64,000 bases of DNA from Verrucomicrobiota bacterium (GTDB lineage: Bacteria > Verrucomicrobiota > Verrucomicrobiia > Opitutales > Cerasicoccaceae): the NCBI GenBank assembly GCA_039818205.1, contig JBCBUK010000003.1, positions 224,001 to 288,000 of the forward strand. Direction: 5' to 3'. The notes beneath the pieces are model-generated. The model ran no database searches. It saw only the letters and a program-made list of their open reading frames with translations, and had not been told where the DNA came from. The position numbers were made by a program, and so were the translations under genes. Positions 58,667 through 64,000 of this stretch are shown in pieces (the stretch's first letter is position 1; each line of letters begins with the position of its first letter).

Positions 58667-59272
58667 TCAACCCTTGAAGAGATCCATTTGCGGGCTCTTG
58701 ATCATGTCGTAGTTCTTCATGAGCCGCAGGGTTTGGAGGAAGTCACTCTTGGAGTAATTATGGTTGATTTCGACCTTATCGAGGATGTCCTGGAGCATTG
58801 AGCGAAAGGAGATAATGGCGTCGAGACCGACTTCCTGCAGTAGCTTGATGGATTCGCTCTTATGCGGTTCGTGGGTTGGAAGGCCGGGGAGAACCAGGAT
58901 TTTCAAGAAATTACCGAGATTGCCGACCTCGTCGTTTTCGATGGCAAACAGTTCCTCGGCGCGCTTGTAGACATCCTTCTCCAGGAACTTAAAAATGTCC
59001 GCACTTCCGCGCAATGTCGCGGGGGTGAATTTTTGGCTGTGCCAGCCTTTGACGAATACCACGGCTCGCGGGACGAGGGGCAGTTCGTTTGAAAAGAGCA
59101 TGAAGTTTGGCTTACGGGAATCCGGCCGGCAGCTTGGGTTGCTGATAATAAGGTCGATTTCTTCCTCACTGCGTTTGGCTCGGCTTTGGACCTGATACTT
59201 CCGCATTTGCCGAACCAAGAAGCCATTTAGCTCAAAGTATTCGCGGACAATAGTTTCGTCGATGCCAGCCAT
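58667..59272 (-). CDS. hypothetical protein, possibly PD-(D/E)XK-like fold
   Basis: Clean 201-aa ORF with the pattern E.IVREYF...GF.V...EIDLII...VFVKGWH. Confidence 0.65.
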   Translation of the reverse strand: MAGIDETIVREYFELNGFLVRQMRKYQVQSRAKRSEEEIDLIISNPSCRPDSRKPNFMLFSNELPLVPRAVVFVKGWHSQKFTPATLRGSADIFKFLEKDVYKRAEELFAIENDEVGNLGNFLKILVLPGLPTHEPHKSESIKLLQEVGLDAIISFRSMLQDILDKVEINHNYSKSDFLQTLRLMKNYDMIKSPQMDLFKG

Positions 59273-59389
59273 GAAAGAAAAGTTCTCGGAAAAGGAAAGG
59301 TTCGTCAGCTTGAACCTCTATCTCATTGTCTAGTACGCGATGAATAAATTAGCAAGTACCTAATTATGAGGGCTTTGCTGGCGAGTTGA

Positions 59390-60544
59390 CTATCCGATCG
59401 CGCCTGCCTCGCGCCACAGATTGATAACGAGCTCCTCATCGATCTGGTCAACCGTCACCGCGCGGCCTTGGGCTTCCATGGCGACAAAACGCAGTTTTCC
59501 GCCTTTCACCTTCTTATCCCGCTTCATGGCCGCCATCAACGTGTCGATCCTAAGCTCGGGAGGTGGCTGGGGCGTCTCTCGTCGCAGCGATGTGCGCAGA
59601 TCGGTTGGCAACTCGTACTGTGCGATCAACTTCTTCGCGTTGGCAACGTCACCTGATGAGTAGGCGTAGCCTGGGCGTCCATGTTTGGTGAGCTCTTCGG
59701 AAAGGCGAGCGGCAAGCATCAGGCCGGCGCCGACAGCCTCCCCGTGGAGATAGGTGCCATAGCCAGCCGCGTTTTCAATCGCATGGGCGAAGGTGTGCCC
59801 CAGATTGAGGAGTGCGCGTCCGCCACTGGCCGCCGTCTCTTTCTCATCGGCCTTCACGATCTCTGCTTTGATCTCGCAGCAGCGGCGAATGATTGCTGGC
59901 AAGGCTGGATGTTGCCAGTCGAGAGGCGTTTCTAATGCCATCAACTGATCAAACAATGCGGGATCGTAGAGCATGCCGTATTTGATGACTTCGGCCATGC
60001 CCGCGGAGAATTCCCAACTTGGGAGCGTGCGCAGAAAGCTTGTCGAGATGAAGACTGCTTTGGGCTGCCAGAAGGCGCCCACTAGGTTCTTGCCAGCCCG
60101 GATGTTGATACCGGTCTTTCCGCCGACCGAGCTGTCGACCATGGCGAGCAGCGTGGTGGGGACTTGGAAAAAATCGATGCCTCGCAGGTAGCTCGCCGCG
60201 GCAAAACCGCCTAAATCGCCAATCACTCCGCCGCCGACGGCGACCAAGTAGCCATCGCGAGCAACCCGCTTCTCGGCCATGAACTCATAGATTTCGCCGA
60301 GCATGGCCATGCTTTTGGCCATTTCTCCGCTGCGGGCTGGTGAAATTGAAAATGCGTGTAGGTTCTCGTTTGCAACCGTCGCGCCCACGTTCTCGTCAAT
60401 CACGAGGGCGCCCGTTCCGCCATGCTCTTTGATCGCATTGAACATCTGCTCGGATACATCGTCGCCAATCCAGATGGGATAGCTGCGGTCGCCAAGTTCG
60501 ACGCTCAAGGCCTGCTGGTGGGAGGTGCTGGAAATATCGCTCAT
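59390..60544 (-). CDS. aroB: 3-dehydroquinate synthase
   Basis: GGGVIGDLGGF, PTTLLAMVDSSVGGKTG, LNLGHTFAHA and HGEAV. Confidence 0.97.
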   Translation of the reverse strand: MSDISSTSHQQALSVELGDRSYPIWIGDDVSEQMFNAIKEHGGTGALVIDENVGATVANENLHAFSISPARSGEMAKSMAMLGEIYEFMAEKRVARDGYLVAVGGGVIGDLGGFAAASYLRGIDFFQVPTTLLAMVDSSVGGKTGINIRAGKNLVGAFWQPKAVFISTSFLRTLPSWEFSAGMAEVIKYGMLYDPALFDQLMALETPLDWQHPALPAIIRRCCEIKAEIVKADEKETAASGGRALLNLGHTFAHAIENAAGYGTYLHGEAVGAGLMLAARLSEELTKHGRPGYAYSSGDVANAKKLIAQYELPTDLRTSLRRETPQPPPELRIDTLMAAMKRDKKVKGGKLRFVAMEAQGRAVTVDQIDEELVINLWREAGAIG

Positions 60545-60588
60545 GATCGAAGCGGCAAAGCAAAGAGGAATAATGGAGTCGGGAAAAG

Positions 60589-60620
60589 AAAAAACCCGCC
60601 CTGGCGAACCAGAGCGGGTT
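60589..60620 (-). terminator. intrinsic terminator after the porin gene
   Basis: On the minus strand, AACCCGCTCTGG-TTCG-CCAGGGCGGGTT followed by a T-tract. Confidence 0.8.
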
Positions 60621-60646
60621 AGAAATTGGATTAGCTTAAGTTTGGA

Positions 60647-61477
60647 TTAGTAAGCGAAACCGAGGGTCGCGCCGAACCAAACTTGAGACTCACCGCCGAA
60701 GAAGTTAGCTGGACCAGCGCTTGCACCAGCACCGTCGCCATCATTGTTGATGGACCAGCGAACACCAACGGAACCTGATACGTTTTCGCTGAATGCGTAA
60801 ACGAGGTCACCAGTTACACCACCGTAGGTGTAGCCATTGGAGCTATCAACACCTGGAGCAGGGAATGGGAAGTCAGCACCACCAGTTACGTCACCGGTGT
60901 CGAGGAGACCGAAGTATGCGCCAGTGTCGATGGAGAGGCCTTCTGCACCAACATACTCGCCGAGGTCGAGGCTGTAACCGATCGAGAACTCAACCAAAGT
61001 TTGCTTAAGGTCGAAGTCGTAGTAGAAGTAAACAGCTGGGCTGAGGAGAACGTCAGCAGAAACGCCGAAGTAAACTTCTGTGGTGTGATTGATTGCACCA
61101 AGGCCAGCCGACTCTGGGTACCAGTAGTAGGTAGCACCAAGGTCAACGGTGAAGATGTCAGTCACTGGGTAAGCGTAACCGGCATAGAAGTCGATTTCGT
61201 TACCGATTGGAGTGCGAACAGTTGCACCGAAAGCGCCACCGGTGGTCGCTGGAGTGATTGGTTGGTTGGTCCAAACACCTGCATAGAGGTCGCCACCAAG
61301 AACTGGGTAGCCGAATTCCACGCTAGGCTGGAATGACTGGTTAGCGAGCTTCGAAGCGCGGTAAACGTAGGAAGTTTCGAAATCGAAGGTGCCGCTAATA
61401 GACAGATCGCTGAGGAAATCAGCTGAAGCTGCCGTTGCCGCGCCTGCAATGGCGAGAGTCGCAATGGTCTTTTTCAT
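60647..61477 (-). CDS. outer-membrane beta-barrel, TorF/Gcw_chp-like putative porin
   Basis: Signal peptide, SYVYRA...FQPSVEFG, EIDFYAGY, DLGATYYWYP, TTEVYFG and an aromatic C-terminus. Confidence 0.75.
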   Translation of the reverse strand: MKKTIATLAIAGAATAASADFLSDLSISGTFDFETSYVYRASKLANQSFQPSVEFGYPVLGGDLYAGVWTNQPITPATTGGAFGATVRTPIGNEIDFYAGYAYPVTDIFTVDLGATYYWYPESAGLGAINHTTEVYFGVSADVLLSPAVYFYYDFDLKQTLVEFSIGYSLDLGEYVGAEGLSIDTGAYFGLLDTGDVTGGADFPFPAPGVDSSNGYTYGGVTGDLVYAFSENVSGSVGVRWSINNDGDGAGASAGPANFFGGESQVWFGATLGFAY

Positions 61478-61590
61478 ATTATGTTTCAGTTAGGTTTGGT
61501 TTGCTAGTCGTTTCGAGCTGGTTAGGCTCAATCGGACGAAAGTTTTCAAAAAACGTTCAAAAATTCAAGGATTTTCTCTAATTAATTTGA

Positions 61591-61606
61591 AGCATCTCGT
61601 ATGCCC
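61591..61606 (-). promoter_or_regulatory. possible sigma54 promoter of the porin gene
   Basis: On the minus strand, GGGCATACGAGATGCT has GG-N10-GC spacing, about 115 nt upstream of the ATG. Confidence 0.4.
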
Positions 61607-61682
61607 GATTTTTAAAAACCCTTTCATGACTGTAACATACGCAAAATGTCGCCAAATTATTACCATCGGTAACTGATCCATT

Positions 61683-62102
61683 ATGGAAGATGAAAAAAAA
61701 TGTTCACCGGGGTCTCGAGCGTTCCCGTTTCTAGTTGGTTCACTCTTCGCCTTTGTCGGTGTTTGCCTCGGTGCATTTGGTGCTCACGCGCTAAAAGCTA
61801 AGCTGGTAGCGGCCGGCACGCTGGCTGCCTGGGAGACCGCCGTGGAGTATCAGTTCTGGCATGCTTTGGCTCTCATTGCGCTCGCCTTTCGCCCAGTGGG
61901 GTGGGAGTCGAAGGGAATCGATTGGGCGGTGCGGCTGTTTATTGTCGGGGTGGTCTTATTCAGCGGATCGATCTATTTACTCGCATTGAAAGTCGCCCCG
62001 TGGCTGGGGCCGGTTACACCGATTGGCGGAATTTGTCTGCTGATCGCGTGGGGAATTTTGGTTGTATTCGCTGGTAAAAGGTTGAAACAGCCCGCGGGAT
62101 AG
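61683..62102 (+). CDS. DUF423 (YgdD/TMEM256) membrane protein
   Basis: GAFGAHAL, TAVEYQFWH, LFSGSIY and GPVTPIGG. Confidence 0.92.
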   Translation: MEDEKKCSPGSRAFPFLVGSLFAFVGVCLGAFGAHALKAKLVAAGTLAAWETAVEYQFWHALALIALAFRPVGWESKGIDWAVRLFIVGVVLFSGSIYLLALKVAPWLGPVTPIGGICLLIAWGILVVFAGKRLKQPAG

Positions 62103-62176
62103 TGCTTGGTTTTTCGTTGCTGGCATATTAACCTCCTAAAATCAGGCATCAGCCACATCACTTAGAGACAACAATC

Positions 62177-63148
62177 ATGAGCACGCAAACTGCCACTAAC
62201 CAACTCGAGTCCCTCAAGCAGTTCACGACTGTCGTCGCCGACACCGGCGATTTCCAGTCGATGAAGGAATACCAGCCGCAGGACGCGACCACTAATCCTT
62301 CGTTGATTTACTCCGCGGTTGAAATGCCGGAGTATGCATCGATTTTTGAAAAAGCAATCGCCGACAACAAAGGCTCTTCCCTGAGTGGAGAGGCGTTATA
62401 CCGCCAGGTGATGATTGACCTCCTGGTTGCCTTCGGTTCCGAGATTCTCAAAATCGTTCCCGGCCGTGTTTCGACTGAGGTTGACGCCCGCTTGTCCTTC
62501 GACATCGCTGGTAGCGTTGATCTCGCCAAGGAAATTATTGCGCTTTACGAGAAGAATGGCATCTCCCGCGACCGCATCCTCATCAAGCTCGCCACGACCT
62601 GGGAAGGTATTAAAGCAGCTGAGGAATTGAAGAAGGACGGCATCAACTGTAATATGACGCTGCTTTTCTCGATGGCCCAAGCCATTGGTGCTGCAGATGT
62701 GGGTGCACAGCTGATTTCTCCGTTCGTTGGTCGTATCCTTGACTGGTACAAAGCAAGCACCGGCAAGGATTATGTTGGCGCTGACGATCCAGGCGTTCAA
62801 TCGGTTCAGCAGATTTACACCTACTATAAGAAGTTCGGTTACGCGACCGAGGTTATGGGAGCGAGCTTCCGCAACACCGGTGAAATTATCGAACTCGCCG
62901 GTTGCGATCTTCTTACCATCAGCCCAAAGCTGCTCGGTCAGTTGGCAGCAACTGAGGGAACACTTGATGTGAAGCTGAGTGCTGAAGCCTCTAAGGAAGC
63001 CGATATCGAGAAGATCGATATGGACGAAAAGACCTTCCGCTGGATGCTGAACGAAGACCAAATGGCAACGGAAAAGCTGGCTGACGGCATCCGCCGCTTT
63101 GGTGTCGATATCGTTAAGCTCGAAGAAAAGATCATCGCGGCCCTGTAG
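62177..63148 (+). CDS. tal: transaldolase
   Basis: [34 protein letters not shown] and MGASFR. Confidence 0.97.
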   Translation: MSTQTATNQLESLKQFTTVVADTGDFQSMKEYQPQDATTNPSLIYSAVEMPEYASIFEKAIADNKGSSLSGEALYRQVMIDLLVAFGSEILKIVPGRVSTEVDARLSFDIAGSVDLAKEIIALYEKNGISRDRILIKLATTWEGIKAAEELKKDGINCNMTLLFSMAQAIGAADVGAQLISPFVGRILDWYKASTGKDYVGADDPGVQSVQQIYTYYKKFGYATEVMGASFRNTGEIIELAGCDLLTISPKLLGQLAATEGTLDVKLSAEASKEADIEKIDMDEKTFRWMLNEDQMATEKLADGIRRFGVDIVKLEEKIIAAL

Positions 63149-63171
63149 TTCGCTCGCGATCGAAGACTTTC

Positions 63172-63200
63172 AAATCCCGGGTTTCTGCCCGGGATTTTTT
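63172..63200. terminator. terminator after tal (possibly bidirectional)
   Basis: AAATCCCGGG-TTTCTG-CCCGGGATTT followed by TTT. Confidence 0.75.
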
Positions 63201-63204
63201 GTGC

Positions 63205-64000
63205 TTAGCTTAAGCGGTCGGCAAAGTCCCGATAGCCAAAATTTCGCAATACGCGGAGACCCTCGGATTGGCAGAAGGTCGCCAACGCGGGTAGTGGGAC
63301 GCCATTGAAGGTCGTTGTTTTGACCATGGTGTAGTGAGCCATGTCCAAAAAGACCAGTCGCTGCCCGACGGTGAGCGGTTCCGCAAAGCTATAGTCCCCG
63401 ATGATATCTCCCGCCAGGCAACTTGGGCCACCCAGCCGATAAAGGTGCGGGTTCTCACTGGGCTCGCCTGCGTCCAATACGTTTGGCCGGTAGGGCATTT
63501 CGAGCACGTCAGGCATGTGGCAAGTCGCAGATATGTCCAGGATCGCGTTGCTCACGCCGCCTGCCTCAAGAATATCCAAAACGGTACCGACAAGCACGCC
63601 GGTATGGAGGGCGACGGCCTCGCCGGGTTCCAAATAGACCTGAACTTGGTAGCGAGATTGAACGTCTTTGATGATGCGACAAAGGCGGTCGATGTCATAG
63701 CCGGGGCGAGTAATGTGGTGCCCACCGCCGAAATTGATCCACTTAATAGGGATGCTGGTAAGCAGGTCATCGAACTTCTCGATGAACGCATCGACGACTC
63801 CCTCAAGCGCATCCGCGTCTTGCTCGCAGAGTGCGTGGAAATGAAAGCCGTCGAGACCGGATAGATCCTCGACGCCAGCGACCTGCATTTGGCGATCGAG
63901 TTCGGTTCGCGTAATTCCCAGGCGCGAGCATGGCGAGGCAGGATTATAGAGGTCAGTATCGACCTCAGAATATTCCGGATTTACCCGAATGCCGATCTCG
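63205..64000 (-). CDS. nspC: carboxynorspermidine decarboxylase, 5' part outside the window
   Basis: LYNPASPCSRLG, GFHFHALCEQ, NFGGGHHIT, LEPGEA, HMPDVLEMPY, CLAGD and HYTMVKTTTFNG. Confidence 0.93.
   Translation of the reverse strand, partial: EIGIRVNPEYSEVDTDLYNPASPCSRLGITRTELDRQMQVAGVEDLSGLDGFHFHALCEQDADALEGVVDAFIEKFDDLLTSIPIKWINFGGGHHITRPGYDIDRLCRIIKDVQSRYQVQVYLEPGEAVALHTGVLVGTVLDILEAGGVSNAILDISATCHMPDVLEMPYRPNVLDAGEPSENPHLYRLGGPSCLAGDIIGDYSFAEPLTVGQRLVFLDMAHYTMVKTTTFNGVPLPALATFCQSEGLRVLRNFGYRDFADRLS

Noticed and set aside
1..64000. tRNA, rRNA, tmRNA and RNase P genes
   Set aside because: No hallmark sequences were found by eye in the intergenic regions. A tRNAscan/Infernal run would be decisive.

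Overview
A 64-kb, gene-dense bacterial chromosomal segment. It is probably from Verrucomicrobiota (Opitutae-like); this is inferred from a PVC-signature small basic protein, a PEP-CTERM-type protein and a YtgCR-like permease-repressor fusion. Most of the window is housekeeping: uvrA, an MntR-controlled Mn/Fe ABC operon with an OprB-family porin, nrdDG with tandem NrdR boxes, hisCBH/hisA, gltA, rpsO-pnp, an Mla/Pqi-type ABC module, xth, a molybdenum-cofactor cluster, rnhB-pdxJ-acpS-nnr-dprA, aroB, tal and nspC. No rRNA, tRNA, CRISPR array or transposase was seen. The standout is an accessory block at about 24.9-34.1 kb. There, a 39-aa ORF (MKKILTAFFETVKYNLGYRSSADLPAVETKAWPSFPCGF) sits directly upstream of a compact stand-alone YcaO-family enzyme. 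The pair is flanked by a beta-propeller hybrid sensor kinase, a TonB-dependent receptor, a NarL/LuxR response regulator and a lone PAS-like protein. This looks like a candidate YcaO-RiPP peptide signalling (quorum-sensing-like) circuit in a Gram-negative bacterium. That function is inferred, not demonstrated.
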